From the NCBI GenBank assembly GCA_001179505.1, contig CDMY01000590.1, positions 1 to 46,666 of the forward strand: a stretch of DNA of 46,666 nt, given 5' to 3'. Every line of letters begins with the position of its first letter. The first letter of the stretch is position 1. The notes under the pieces were generated by a model. It saw only the letters and a list, made by a program, of their open reading frames with translations. It had not been told where the DNA came from and searched no databases. The translations under genes were made by a program, and so were the position numbers. Shown here piece by piece: positions 46,579 through 46,666 of this stretch. Source of the stretch: Vitrella brassicaformis CCMP3155 (taxonomy: Eukaryota > Protista > Chromerida).

Positions 46579-46666
46579 CTGCCGAGGGTACCTCGGCCAT
46601 CCATCACCACATAGAGCGCCCGTGACACATAGCCGAAGTGTGTCAGGCCGTTGGGCATTTCGGCAG

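Overview
GC-rich, intron-dense eukaryotic DNA. Short GT-AG introns, simple-repeat-rich introns and an apicomplexan-type cytochrome c-2 point to a chromerid alveolate such as Vitrella (inference). There are four 300-nt N gaps. Left to right: (1) a dead CRE-clade RT+RLE non-LTR retrotransposon (243-5142), split by a 1.3-kb insert bounded by two ~370-bp direct repeats, with a solo third copy at 28.7 kb; (2) a divergent gene pair, cytochrome c-2 (-, 6 exons traced) and Sec61 alpha (+); (3) a type-I membrane protein with two cadherin-like beta-sandwich units and a furin-like Cys repeat; (4) the 3' part of a LINE abutting a ~10.7-kb Sfi1-repeat centrin-binding protein gene; (5) a 26.6-37 kb accessory zone containing a SINE-like repeat with a 13-bp TSD, a secreted protein with 24-aa basic/acidic Tyr-rich repeats, and gene fragments or pseudogenes (PLOD/COLGALT-like GT domain, VPS11 C-terminus with NPF tail, Methyltransf_24-like enzyme with two broken splice donors); (6) a cytochrome b5-fused desaturase whose third His box is HIEHH rather than QIEHH; (7) a convergent gene with an IsdG/ABM heme-monooxygenase-like domain; (8) an isolated LINE tail and an unknown secreted ORF. 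All family calls are by eye from motifs; no database search was run.
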